DNA from: Laetmonice hystrix
Taxonomy: Eukaryota
NCBI GenBank assembly: GCA_965235115.1
Contig: OZ249440.1
Span: 7,130,001-7,194,000 of the forward strand
Direction: 5' to 3'
Length of the DNA: 64,000 nt
Position numbers and translations under genes: made by a program. How positions within the stretch are numbered: position 1 is the first letter of the stretch; each line of letters starts with the position of its first letter. Below, in pieces: positions 27,147-40,519 of this stretch. The notes under the pieces are model-generated. The model worked only from the letters and a program-made list of their open reading frames with translations, was not told the origin of the DNA and did no database searches.

Positions 27147-28065
27147 CATGAAGATACAAAGAAAGGTTGGACACAGCGGGATCGACCTGTGCCTAGTGCT
27201 GACGGCTGCTAGTCCTGCACAGTTTCTCCCTGAGTGTATCAGCCAAGATACGGCCAGCCATCAACCCCGTATCACGGCCCCTGACTTCATGTTGACGGGG
27301 GCTAGCACACAGGGCACTAAACAAACCCTGCGCCAGGAAAACATCTAAATATTTTTTTAGAATTCGATTAAAAAGTTTCTGTTTAGATGCTAAGAGTGGC
27401 AGACGATAGCAAGGTGGACATATTGGTGTGATTACAGCCAATCCATTAAGGATTGAAACTCTCTAATGGACAGATACAAGTGTGAATTAAACCAATCACT
27501 TTAATAGGGATTTGAGGCAAAGTCGAGGTCAAATTACGCCCCGGTTAATCTAATTACAACACTCCATTTAACACTGTAGTCCGATCCTGGTCGCAAAGTC
27601 TTTCTAATTGGGACAGCAATTGCTTGGGTGTCCCGCCCCCGGGGAATTCGGTGCCGCCCCTTGGGAACATTGCCATCAGCCCGGCGGGTGTTGTGGTCGA
27701 GGTGGGCGGGGTGGATCTAATGATGTTAATCACATCAAAGTGGCCAGAGACGGCGATTGTCATATACCTAGGGAGACATGTCTAAGGCTACATTATAATG
27801 AGATGAATGAAGCGTTATTAATGACTTTCTGCCTCAGTGGGAGAGTTCAGCTTATCATTCAAAGTTTATTTACAACAGTTGTGTTTCTATCAGAGAACGT
27901 CCAAATGACTGTCAATGTGTCAAAGTTTATTATCCCGATATGTGTACTAATCGGATGGCTTCACACTGATGACACTGTTGTCCTAAATCCTTGAAATGGT
28001 ACCGGCCCATGTCGTCCCGTTTCTCTAAATCTTGATTCATTGAGCAATGCGGTACCTCAGTCCGT

Positions 28066-29592
28066 CACTGATGGTCACTGTCCCTGTCCTTACACTGATG
28101 GCCCACACTGTCCCTGTCCTTACACTGATGGCCCACACTGTCCCTGTCCTTACACTGATGGCCCTCACTGTCCCTGTCCTTACACTGATGGCCCACACTG
28201 TCCCTGTCCTTACACTGATGGCCCACACTGTCCCTGTCCTTACACTGATGACCCACACTGTCCCTGTCCTTACACTGATGGCCCACACTGTCCCTGTCCT
28301 TACACTGATGGCCCACACTGTCCCTGTCCTTACACTGATGGTCCACACTGTCCCTGTCCTTACACTGATGGTCACTGTCCCTGTCCTTACACTGATGGCC
28401 CACACTGTCCCTGTCCTTACACTGATGGCCCACACTGTCCCTGTCCTTACACTGATGGTCCACACTGTCCCTGTCCTTACACTGATGGTCACTGTCCCTG
28501 TCCTTACACTGATGGCCCACACTGTCCCTGTCCTTACACTGATGGCCCACACTGTCCCTGTCCTTACACTGATGGCCCACACTGTCCCTGTCCTTACACT
28601 GATGGCCCACACTGTCCCTGTCCTTACACTGATGGCCCACACTGTCCCTGTCCTTACACTGATGGTCCACACTGTCCCTGTCCTTACACTGATGGTCACT
28701 GTCCCTGTCCTTACACTGATGGCCCACACTGTCCCTGTCCTTACACTGATGGCCCACACTGTCCCTGTCCTTACACTGATGGCCCACACTGTCCCTGTCC
28801 TTACACCGATGGCCCACACTGTCCCTGTCCTTACACTTATGGCCCACACTGTCCCTGTCCTTACACTGATGGCCCACACTGTCCCTGTCCTTACACTGAT
28901 GCCCACACTGTCCCTGTCCTTACACTGATGCCCACACTGTCCCTGTCCTTACACTGATGGCCCACACTGTCCCTGTCCTTACACTGATGGCCCACACTGT
29001 CCCTGTCCTTACACTGATGCCCACACTGTCCCTGTCCTTACACTGATGGCCCACACTGTCCCTGTCCTTACACTGATGGCCCACACTGTCCCTGTCCTTA
29101 CACTGATGGCCCACACTGTCCCTGTCCTTACACCGATGGCCCACACTGTCCCTGTCCTTATACTGATGGCCCACACTGTCTCTGTCCTTACACTTATGGT
29201 CCCTGTCCCTGTCCTTACACTGATGGTCACTGTCCCTGTCCTTACACTGATGGCCCACACTGTCCCAGTCCTTACACTGATGGCCCACACTGTCCGTGTC
29301 CTTACACTGATGGCTCACACTGTCCCTGTCCTTACACTGATGGCCCACACTGTCCCTGTCCTTACACTGATGGCCCACACTGTCCGTGTCCTTACACTGA
29401 TGGCCCACACTGTCCCTGTCCTTACACTGATGGCCCACACTGTCTCTGTCCTTACACTGATGGCCCACACTGTCCCTGTCCTTACACTGATGGCCCACAC
29501 TGTCCCTGTTCTTACACTGATGGCCCACACTGTCCCTGTCCTTACACTGATGGCCCACACTGTCCCTGTCCTTACACTTGTGCCGACACTGC
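28066..29592. repeat. Minisatellite, 30-bp unit, about 50 copies (27- and 29-bp variants)
   Basis: TCCCTGTCCTTACACTGATGGCCCACACTG repeated. Confidence 0.98.
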
Positions 29593-30548
29593 ACCTTGTT
29601 ACCGTTCCTGTCCCCAATTGTCCCTGATTGACTGTCAATCCGTATCGACGTGTATCGCAGCCTGTTCTGTTGTTGTGTTTAGATCCTTGACGTAGAAACA
29701 TGCCCGCACACTGGTACTGTATCCTACATCCCTGTAGAAACATGCCCGCACACTGGTACTGTATCCACATGTTTCCAGCAATCAGTCTGGTTCCGATAAA
29801 TCACAGGCGTGGCCTGTCATATTTCCGTCAACATTCCTGCTGTGTTTAGCTTGAATCGTCGATGGGTCAGACGGAGCTATCGGTGGCGGTAGAGATCGGT
29901 GTTGGGGGACAGAGAGAGATTGAAGGCGGGTTTTGTGAGATCGCTCCAGTCTGGCACACGTTAACGGACACATCGCCGGCCAAACAACGGTCGTACAGCT
30001 CTCTGAGGACGACTGAATGTCACTGGAGATTAAACAGATGTTTATAGACAGGGATTACGGATTAACTGGCCGCCTAGCAACATGTGAACGCTGTATATAT
30101 CTGTTCACGCTGTCTGTGATTCATTTACTGCATATCGCACGGGCGGCCAGCAAGGAAACATCTTCTGATAACAACTTGTTTTTAATCTCCATTATATAAA
30201 CAATATGCCGTCAAAGTCCTATACTTGCTGCCTTAACACCAACGCCTTGAGATACACTTCACTATGCCAAGTCATACATCAAAAACAAAATAGAAACAAA
30301 TTAAATCGATCTTTGTACGCGATTTTAAAAGTGCAAAAATACATGCATCAAATCAATGGTGCGGCATGCATGGACCACAAGCCCTATTTGCCTTAGGTCT
30401 GCATGTGTGTGATAATGCAAGTATGAATAATAATAAAAAACACATGCAAAGAATATATAAAAAAAATTATTTGAAGTTGAGGTTATTATCCCCATGCACT
30501 GGAGACTGACCCTAACATTATATTTCCCATCTTATCTTGTGCTTTCAG

Positions 30549-30765
30549 TGACAAGGCGTATAGGACACCCGTACCAAAACCGAACGCCGCCCAAACGTAA
30601 GAAGCCACGGACATCGTTTACACGACTTCAGATTATTGAGTTGGAGAAACGCTTTCACCGACAGAAGTACCTCGCCTCCGCCGAGCGCTCGCAGCTTGCT
30701 AAGGCTCTCAAAATGACAGACGCTCAGGTCAAAACCTGGTTTCAAAATAGACGGACCAAATGGAG
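30549..30765 (+). CDS. Tlx: Tlx homeobox gene, coding exon 2 (homeodomain)
   Basis: Acceptor TTTCAG|TG and donor GAG|GTATGT. Encodes (V)[71 protein letters not shown](R), with the Tlx-diagnostic Thr at homeodomain position 47. Phase is compatible with exon 1 (G+TG=Val). Confidence 0.98.
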
Positions 30766-33700
30766 GTATGTACACGTATACTTAAGTATATGAAATCTTT
30801 CCAAGGTTTTCTTGTCTGTATACGTATAGGTTCCACGTCACCGTTTTGTTTGTGTGTGTGTCTGTATACCCCAATGCATGTATTCAGACATTATCGTCAG
30901 TGGCCTAATGTTCTTAGAATATCCTTTGTTCGTCGATGTGTATTACTGGTGGATACACACACAAGCCTCTCACATAGTTAAAGTGTTCCAATGTGTGTGG
31001 TTTTTTAAAAGTCTGTGAGTATTATACTGAGGTGTTTGTAAACATGTACTGGTCACGCGCACATATTGACCGTGGACGGAGTTCGCTTCTATCAGGAACA
31101 AAGAACAAAAACCCGTGATAATCGACACGGCGTCAATGTAGTCACAGGAATGTCACAGTGACGGTGTGACCGTGGTGACAGTGATGTAGGATAGAACCCC
31201 AGGCAGATGGCGCCACATGTATGTGTGCTCCCGCTGAACTCTTCCGTCGAAGTGTATAGTGTATACATCACGCTGACATACAGTTCTCGTTTACATATGT
31301 TACATGATAAACAGCCATCACTCCTCCCATGATTACAGAGATATAACCAACGATATGCACGACCTTTTGTGTGCATGATTTGTTTTCTTATAATTTTTTT
31401 TCTTGATTGAATATGTAACTACGTGATGGATACGATGAGTAGCCAGATGGGAGGGGTGAAGGCCGACTCGATATTTTGATGATTGCACTTTGATAGCTTA
31501 TAGTAACGTATTTAGGTAGTACCTATAGTGGTGGGGGGGGGGGGGTCATGCAGGCATCAGATATATAATGATGATGTAATAAATACAGCGTACGATGTTC
31601 ATGGATCACTAATTTATTCACACCAGACACTATTGTTCTGATGATGCTAATGATGATCACATTGTATATATCCACAAAGCCAGTGATTTTTTTTAATTCG
31701 AGACGCGGCCGCCAGGTGTATACGAGTTGTATGTTTCACACGAGGATGATCATGGCTCGGCCAGTGTCCGGGAATGATACGCGGTGAGCGTTGATTGGTT
31801 GACACTCAGCGTGCCGGACTTGCCAAAGGCCGCCTTGTATATAAGACGACTGGTGACCGCCAGCCCACCACAGGCCGTCCTCATTATCGCCCGTTAATGC
31901 ACCATTCACTAAATGCCAACCGCTGCCCCCTAGTTTCACCTGCCACCGGCACACTTGGCACACATGGAGGTTTTGTTGCGTGGCATTTCGCAACTTAAAG
32001 CGTCCGTTTGTTATGCGTTATTAGGATCCGTATGCGCCACTCTCCGTGGCTGAGGCGATCACCGGAGGGAGCTCATGTTACGGTGTGTGATTGCGGCGGG
32101 TGGGGTGGTGGTGGTGGGGGGGGGGGGCACTGGCGGCGGGTGGGGTGGGGGGGGGGGGGGCCGCACGGTCGGAGGGCGGGGTGTTGGCGGGAGGTGAGAG
32201 ACCAAAGGCCGGGGTGGCTCTGAGTCAGCCGCAGCGCTCGCCCTCCCGCTCGCCCGCCCGGCCGGCCAGAGCTGGGGCGAGGGATGCTGACTGCGGTTAT
32301 CGTTGTGAAAATCACTGCCCGCCGTCAAGATGGGAGTCCCACCCACCTCACTCCGTGCTTGGAATGTCTGTCCACTCACCGACGTTACAGCCATCAATTC
32401 GCCTAAAGCTTTTCATGCTCACCAGGTGGCTCTGCAGTGGTTAAACAAACGCTCAGTCGAGTGGACATCACATTGTGAGAACTTCTAGGAAATGCCAATT
32501 GTCGCCTGTTTTCAAGACTGGCCGAGTGAATGACGACAACCGATAGGAAATGATCTGTAAAACAATTGATCGGCATTTATCTAGGACAGCATGTAGTACA
32601 TTGACAAGGGACCTCAGACCCGTTTCAAATTGAGTGCAGCTTCTGATCAAAAAAGACGGTATGGTGTTAGTGTATGGCCATGACCTGCAGCCGAATTACA
32701 GTAAACAAAGTGACCTGCAGACGTATTACAGTAAACATAGTGACCTGCAGACGTATTACAGTAAAGTGACAGCTCTCTATGTACAACATCCATAAACAAT
32801 ACATACCCGAGTGGAGATGGCGTTTTGATTCCGTGCCTTGACATTCCAGAAAGTCCTCGGAAATTGGTTCATATGGAACGCGGACTGTTCCCTCGCCAAA
32901 CATGCTGCTATGCAACGAACAGACGCTCTACGGCAACGATTACACATTTGCTAGCGTCTTTCTACAGGCCGGTCCGCCAAATCCCAAGTAGGACCAAATC
33001 CCAATGATCACAGTGGAAGTGAGACATTTTACTTATATTCCTTACACGTTTGTATAGGAGTTTGACTAAACAAAAGTCGGAGAGACTGGCTGGCCATGCT
33101 GGTCAGTCTACTCACTGCGGACAGCTAATTAAAACACAAGGCGACTTAAGCCAAGGTCAAAGTCAAGGACAAAGGGATGATGCTTCTACACGAGAGTACC
33201 ATTGCTCGATATAAACGGAGTATGCCAGCTATAGATACTACGACAAGTTATACATTCGCAATAACGCTAGAACTCCACTAACCATACCGACAGTGCTATA
33301 TTGAGGACCGTTCACGTCGGTATTCATACTGTGATATATACAGCTATATATTATATAGGGGGAGGATGAGTGATTCTAGTTAACCTTTGAACTCTATAAT
33401 GCGTTCAATGCACCATGTGCTGTGTAGGTTTCTAATATCTAGAGATAGCTATAGTTTATATGCTATCGTAAATTTATAGCTAGATTGGGGGTCGACGACA
33501 TGCCTGAACAATGGAATGAGAGAACAATATAAAAATCTTAATTTTAAAAATCTCTGAGTGAAGAGACAGTGGATCATGGCATGGACTGATCGCAACAGTG
33601 TCCGTAAATTGTGTTTTACGTCTGCCTTACAGTGCTGTGTATCACCTTTTGTATAGACCATGCAGTATGGACATATTATATTATTGTGTTGTTGTTGTTT

Positions 33701-34722
33701 TTTCTATGATTAATATCGACGTCCTACCCGGAAATAATAAAATGATATGATGTTATATTTTGTGAATGAGTGTGTTGTGTCTATCATCAGTATTGGATGA
33801 AAGGAGATGGTTAGCATCGACTCGTTTAGAAAAATATATTTGATCGGTATCATGTTTTAATTAATTTAATTAATTTAATATTCTCCGGATGTCATCCATT
33901 TATCCGTTTTCATGATTTCAACATATTTGATCCGGGTAAAAAGCAGAATTCGAGTTAACCGTTTGAAAGTTTCCCTTTCTGACTGAAGGTCAATGAGTCC
34001 ATTGAAGTCAAATATTATTATTGAGAGCGTACAGATATCGGAAACGTGGGCACGAATTAATTACGTGCCGCTCTCACCTCAAGTGTTCTATCGTCCAATT
34101 AGTCCTCTTATTACTTGTGTAATGGGGTTATTTTAGCGATTCTCGAAAATCGCCCTTCCTTTCAAAACCTCGAGCACGTAATAGGCATATAAACTGTTGG
34201 CCACTTGACTCGCCTTGTGGGTAAAACAATACATTAGGGAGCCGGGTTGGTGCGGCGGCCGACTGCAGCCATTAAGACGCGGAGAAACGTGATACGTTGT
34301 CATTAGCGCGCACGCGAGCACGCCGCGCCAACAAATGGCGTTTTTGGGCCCATCATTCTCCAATTAAGGCGGTATTACATTAATGATCGACCAACATTTG
34401 TGTTGTTCCCCCCATACATAGCCCGGGGGTGGAGACGGGGCGGGGCGTAGATCGCCCCGGGGAGGGCGAGCAGGCGGGCCGGCCATGTGTAGACAACTCG
34501 CCCGTACAAGTCGGTCCCAGTCTCCGTATAATCAAACCGAACGCTCACTCACCTAGAATCTACATGCGGCGCGTTCAAACGTCGGCTCAGATGGAAATCA
34601 CATGGCGCTGCGGAGTTTCGTTTTTATATAGGTTTATTATCGTAGAAATATATCAAAACATCACCGTCATCATTTTCCCTCGGTCTAAGTCTTTCATTTA
34701 ATATCGTAGCGGTAAGCAGTGG

Positions 34723-35330
34723 TGATCAGGGATGGGAGGACACAGGTAGCTCGGGAAGTATGCCAGACTGAGCCACATGTCCCGGACGCTATAGATGAAC
34801 AGGGTTGGGAGGACAGAGTTAGAGGGAAGTATGCCACAGCCACATGTCCCGGACGCTATAGATGATCAGGGTTGGGAGGACAGAGTTAGAGGGAAGTATG
34901 CCACAGCCACATGTCCCGGACGCTATAGATGATCAGGGTTGGGAGGACAGAGTTAGAGGGAAGTATGCCACAGCCACATGTCCCGGACGCTATAGATGAT
35001 CAGGGTTGGAGAGACAGAGTTAGAGGGAAGTATGTCAGAGCCACATGTCCCCGGACGCTATAGATGATCAGGGTTGGGAGGACAGAGTTAGAGGGAAGTA
35101 TGCCACAGCCACATGTCACGGACGCTATAGATGATCAGGGTTGGAGAGACAGAGTTAGAGGGAAGTATGTCAGAGCCACATGTCCCCGGACGCTATAGAT
35201 GATCAGGGTTGGGAGGACAGAGTTAGAGGGAAGTATGCCACAGCCACATGTCCCCGGACGCTATAGATGATCAGGGATGGGAGGACAGAGTTAGAGGGAA
35301 GTATGCCACAGCCACATGTCCCGGACGCTA
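34723..35330. repeat. Minisatellite, 67-68-bp unit, about 9 copies
   Basis: GATGATCAGGGTTGGGAGGACAGAGTTAGAGGGAAGTATGCCACAGCCACATGTCCCGGACGCTATA repeated. Confidence 0.96.
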
Positions 35331-35935
35331 GCAATGAGTATGTATTTTTCTCACAGATGTCCCTCCCCTCCTCCCATTGTTGCGGAGCACCCTCCCTAGC
35401 CTCAGGCCAGAGCTGTTTATTACATTTCCCTCGGAGCGGCCTATAATACATTTCAGTAGGACAACACAATGATAGATTGCCTGGAATCACCCCCCACCCC
35501 CTCACCCCCACCCACCTCCATCCCCAACCCTTTCTCCTGATCCACGGGCGCTGAGCTCAGCCTCCACTTCCTGGCATTTGACATGATTATGGTCTACAAT
35601 CAGCAAGGTCAGGCTGGCGGCCAGAGGAGGCGCTGTGCTGGCGGGGTCTGGGGTCCGTAGCGGGTAATTGGCGGTCAGGATATGGCGTGTTAGCATTACA
35701 ACGGGTATAAACGTACCATTACTCTGCTCTATCACGTACCGGGCGGGGATTCAACCTCACACCAATCAACGTAACCCAACAAAATTATCATCTTCACCTT
35801 CCAATGTAGGCCTATAGTTCTGGCGGGTAGAGAAATAGGTTTATATTTGTCTTTTACGTCATTGATATCCTGTCCTGATATCCATTATAGACCTGAGCGT
35901 CTAGTGTATTGACGTGCGAGTCAGCATCCGCTCGG

Positions 35936-36054
35936 TGACGTTTGACGTACGACGTTTGACGTACGACGTTTGGCGTACGACGTTTGGCGTACGATGTTTG
36001 ACGTACGACGTATGACGTATGACGTACGACATTTGACGTACGACGTTTGACGTC
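35936..36054. repeat. CpG-rich 14-bp tandem repeat, about 8 copies
   Basis: TTTGACGTACGACG repeated. Confidence 0.9.
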
Positions 36055-36436
36055 ACATTGTCCGTGGACACGGCGCGCGGGCCGACACGGTACCCATGTA
36101 TAGACGTACACAGATCAAGGATATAGCCGGGGATCTCGGCGGGCGGCGTTGGCCGGAGAGCTTCACTGCCGCGCCCTATAACGGCCCACAAATGAATATT
36201 AAATACCGTTATCAACTCTCCAGGGTCCTCTCATAAGGCGGTCAGAGGTACAAAGCTAAACGCTTAATATTTCAGCGAACCCACGCCGGCTAAGGTCTGC
36301 TGCTATTGTCCTTTATTCATGGTCGTATCAAACTAACGCTAGAGCTGCCACACCCAGTGGAAGGACAGACAGGATGGGCAAGGAAAGGGTTACGTTTTTT
36401 ATTTGATTCGTATCGCCTTAGTTGTATCATTGATGC

Positions 36437-36767
36437 TTATCACGGTAAAATATTCCAGTAAACCGTATACCGACGGTATCTGTTTATCACGGTAAAATAT
36501 TCCAATAAACCGTATACCGTCGGTATCTGTTTATCACGGTAAAATATTCCAGTAAACCGTATACCGACGGTATCTGTTTATCACGGTAAAATATTCCAAT
36601 AAACCGTATACTGACGGTATCTGTTTATCACGGTAAAATATTCCAGTAAACCGTATACCGACGGTATCTGTTTATCACGGTAAAATATTCCAGTAAACCG
36701 TACCGACGGTATCTGTTTATCACGGTAAAATATTCCAGTAAACCGTATACCGACGGTATCTGTTTAT
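36437..36767. repeat. Minisatellite, 47-bp unit x7
   Basis: TTTATCACGGTAAAATATTCCAGTAAACCGTATACCGACGGTATCTG repeated. Confidence 0.96.
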
Positions 36768-37276
36768 TTCTGAATATATTATAAAACTGATTGGAGACAC
36801 ATTTTCTGACGCGCATAGATTATGCGGGGGCTAGAATGCAACTAAAGAAGTTCCTAGAAGATTAACGGGATATTTCGTAGAACGTATATAATTATCGAAG
36901 GTGTGGGATATTGGGGGGATCTATAAAAAGATAAAGGAACGAGATCGAGCATAATCCATGCATGCATTATGCATTATAATATGATGGTACAACCATCGTG
37001 GTAATCGCTATGTATACGTACTACAAGGTCGGTGTCTGACCCTCACCCATGATCCACCCCTCACTCATCCTTTGCTGCATGTCGCCCAGATAATTCAATC
37101 ACGTTTCTCCTGAATTGAATAGATCGTCCTCAAAGTAAACGGAACAAATGAGGCGCTGGTTGGCTGGCGGCGGCCGAGCTCGAGCCGGGCCGGGAGCGGG
37201 CGGTGTGTACGGGCGGCGGTCTCGGTCCGGGAGACCGGGGGTGGGGGACGGGGTCGTACCGGAGTCAGCGGTAAGA

Positions 37277-37351
37277 GGGGTCCGCCACCTGTCCCAGACA
37301 CGGGGTCCGCCACCTGTCCCAGACACGGGGTCCGCCACCTGTCCCAGACAC
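37277..37351. repeat. 25-bp tandem repeat x3
   Basis: GGGGTCCGCCACCTGTCCCAGACAC repeated. Confidence 0.9.
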
Positions 37352-38311
37352 GGGGTTCGCCGCCCGTCTGGTGGTCATGGGGGCCGCGGAGTGGCGCCCC
37401 GACCCGACCCGGGCCAGGCCAGGCTAGGCTAGGCCAGGCCAGGCCCGGGCCGACCCTGGCGGCGGGCTGTCAGCACCCTCACCCCGGGTCATATAGTGGG
37501 CAGCCCTGGCAGGTCACATTACGTACACGTATACGATATTGTATACATAAGTATGCACCTGCGCTAATTACTGATTGACATAATACTTCGGGTACAAATA
37601 TATGAATCATAATGAGACATTATTCTGATATATAAACTATATAATGGAGATATTCAACAAATGGTCTCACAATTGATCATACCCGGCAGGCTAGGTGGCG
37701 ATCGATAATATGATCGACTTTCATTAAATAATATAACATAACAGATATTTTTCTCATTCGAAAACGATGCGAAAATTGAATACCACATACTCAAGTGGTA
37801 CTGACGTAATAATATACAATTATGGACCCGTCAGCCTTAAACTATGCCTGGGAATTTGTGTCGTTTATGCGTCAGTATATAGATATAAATAGGGGAAGCC
37901 AAAGACAGTTGCGCCTTTGAAGTGGTACATAACGTATGCGTTGGCCTCAAGTACAATGAACATTACGATTTTACAAGCAGCGATAAAGTTGACGAAAGCA
38001 AGCAGCGAGCGTGTGTTGATGTTGTCGACAGCAGCGGCCGGGCTGAGCGAGGCGGCGGTACCGGTTATAGTTATGTTTTACAGCCCCTGACACCGCCTAA
38101 AGCTGGCCGTGTGCTGTAACCGGGCTCCGTCAGCATGGCGCTCGCCCCATTCATATGGATATATATTAATGGATGAACAGTTGTGATTTACATTAAAGAT
38201 GTGAAAGTGTTCATCAAAGGATGATTTTAGTGGTGCCTCGAGTCAAGAGTGACACGGAAACCTTTCAACATTGTCTGGATGCCGACAATATGAACAACCG
38301 AAACTCCGACT

Positions 38312-38670
38312 GGACGTTGGAAACGGTTGGTCTCGGGAAGTGGGGAGGACGTTGGAGGTGGTTGGTCTCGGGAAGAGGGGAGGACGTTGGAAGCGGTTAG
38401 TCTCGGGAAGTGGGGAGGACGTTGGAGGTGGTTGGTCTCGGGAAGTGGGGGACGTTAGCGGTTCGTCTGGGAAGTGGGGAGGACGTTGGAAGCGGTTGGT
38501 CTCGGGAAGTGGGGCGGACGTTGGAAAAGGTTGGTCTCGGGAAGTGGGGAGGACGTTGGAGGTGGTTGGTCTCGGGAAGTGGGGCGGACGTTGGAAAAGG
38601 TTGGTCTCGGGAAGTGGGGAGGACGTTGGAGGTGGTTAGTCTCGGGAAGTGGGGAGGACGTTGGAAGCGG
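38312..38670. repeat. G-rich minisatellite, about 35-bp unit, about 10 copies
   Basis: GGACGTTGGAGGTGGTTGGTCTCGGGAAGTGGGGA repeated. Confidence 0.94.
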
Positions 38671-39142
38671 TAACCCTGAATATGGATGTATTTTAAACAT
38701 CCAAAACATGCAAATCAATGAAGGTATATCGATACATCCATGGAGGCACACGTATATACCCGAAAGGATGAAGAAAAGGCGAGGTAATTCTTCGTTATAC
38801 GTCTCCTGTACATGAGACAGGAATGCATGCAAGCTATACCGTTTGGAAGTCTGAGACCAATTTGTCCAGAGAAAACTTTCCCAGATGTATTTTATTAGAT
38901 TCTTGGCCTGCATGAAATATATATGCCATCTTATTGAGAATATGCCCGTTAACTTGAGGTTCCTCCATCATGATGTATGCACAGGAAACAATCTTATATT
39001 TCCTAAGGGTCGGAAGGTCGAACGTCCCAGCCCAGAGGTATAAATTTTGTTAGGGGGCTATTACCGCTCAAGGAATGACGAAGTCCATGGCTCGTACTCC
39101 ATGCAGGAACCAACAGTTCTCGAGAGTTGGGGACCTGCATGC

Positions 39143-39738
39143 TGGCCCCGCCCGCTGCCCCCGCACCCTGCCCCCGCACCCTGCCCCCGCCCGCTGCCCC
39201 CACCCGCTGCCCCCGCCCGCTGCCCCCGCCCGCTGCCCCCACACGCTGCCCCCACACGCTGCCCCCGCATGCTGCCCCCACCCGCTGCCCCCACACGCTG
39301 CCCCCGCCCGCTGCCCCCGCACGCTGCCCCCGCATGCTGCCCCCGCCCGCTGCCCCCGCCCGCTGCCCCCGCCCGCTGCCCCCGCCCGCTGCCCCCGCAC
39401 GCTGCCCCCGCCCGCTGCCCCCGCCCGCTGCCCCCGCCCGCTGCCCCCGCCCGCTGCCCCCGCCCGCTGCCCCCGCACGCTGCCCCCGCCCGCTGCCCCC
39501 GCCCGCTGCCCCCGCCCGCTGCCCCCGCCCGCTGCCCCCACCCGCTGCCCCCACACGCTGCCCCCGCCCGCTGCCCCCGCACGCTGCCCCCGCATGCTGC
39601 CCCCGCCCGCTGCCCCCGCCCGCTGCCCCCGCCCGCTGCCCCCGCCCGCTGCCCCCGCACGCTGCCCCCGCCCGCTGGCCACGCACGCTGCCCCCACCCG
39701 CTGCCCCCGCCCGCTGCCCCCGCACGCTGCATGCTGCC
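39143..39738. repeat. C-rich 13-bp minisatellite, about 45 copies
   Basis: GCTGCCCCCGCCC repeated, with CAC variants. Confidence 0.96.
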
Positions 39739-40519
39739 CTGTTTGACAGACATTAGAACACTCGTCTTGGCAACGCTTGTTACGGCGTCGTACGGTTTCA
39801 AGTGGATTGTTTGTACGACTCAAGTGGAAGACGGCCAAGATATCATGGCTTCTGTCAACACCCCGGCCGATTGACGGATGACGGAGGGTGGCTCGCTGTG
39901 ACTCCTGGCCGAGCCCAGAGGACGGCACTAATCTCTGATTGGTTCGTCTGGAGGACGCAGAACTAGAAATAGCCCTGTCATACAAACCGTATATCTGCTT
40001 TCGTCTGGTAACAAACAATCGGTTTCTAATGGAATATCTCCTCAAGGAAGTTCACAAATCTAGTTACACCATTCAGGAGATGAACACCGCTATACGTTTC
40101 GATATTCTATAGAGATCTAATGATGTACGACAGGAAAGGCTTGACACTATACATGTAGAGTATTTGTGTTTAAGTAGTATATACAAATAGACATTCGTGA
40201 TCGGGACAACACCAACCATGCAGTATATTATGTCTCCAGTAGTCTATATGATATCGTCACATAGTTATCTTGCATGGCTTTTCATATATCTCGGTATTTT
40301 TTTAGAGCCACGAGAACTCTAAACTTTGAATGTTTATCAGATCGTCCTTATTAAGTATGCAAGTTACACGCGGTACATACTGGACATTCCGAAGACGAGA
40401 ACTTTGCTACAGTACTGTACGTGCATGGTGAGGACCCTGCCAGGCGTAACGTGGCAGAAGAGGTCCCATTCACCTGTGACAGACACCGCCAGGTGGCACG
40501 CCGGACCGCATGATTCGGC

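Larger units (their letters stand above)
22837..30548 (+). other. Tlx: Tlx intron 1 (7712 bp, GT-AG, phase 1)
   Basis: Defined by the flanking exon junctions that keep the reading frame. Confidence 0.88.

Noticed and set aside
28037-29770. Long ORFs with Cys/His-rich or Val/Thr-rich repeats (PHCPCPYTDG etc.)
   Set aside because: They are translations of a 30-bp minisatellite that is open in several frames on both strands, inside Tlx intron 1.
30494-30548. Upstream ATG-initiated extension of the homeobox ORF ([18 protein letters not shown])
   Set aside because: It is the pyrimidine-rich intron end before the acceptor at 30548, not coding sequence.
35735-35765. B-box-like GGGCGGGGATTCAACC suggesting a tRNA or tRNA-derived SINE on the minus strand (similar hint near 62865)
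   Set aside because: No A-box at a suitable distance and no cloverleaf; too degraded to call.
37197-37210. 14-nt exact match CGGGCGGTGTGTAC to the universal SSU rRNA 1392R primer site
   Set aside because: Flanking sequence does not follow SSU rRNA; it sits in a GC-rich patch and is best treated as coincidence.
39003-40045. Gly/Ala/Pro-rich ORFs of 200-325 aa (likewise 25068-25825 and 43816-44691)
   Set aside because: Products of C/G-rich tandem repeats that lack stop codons in most frames; no domain signal.
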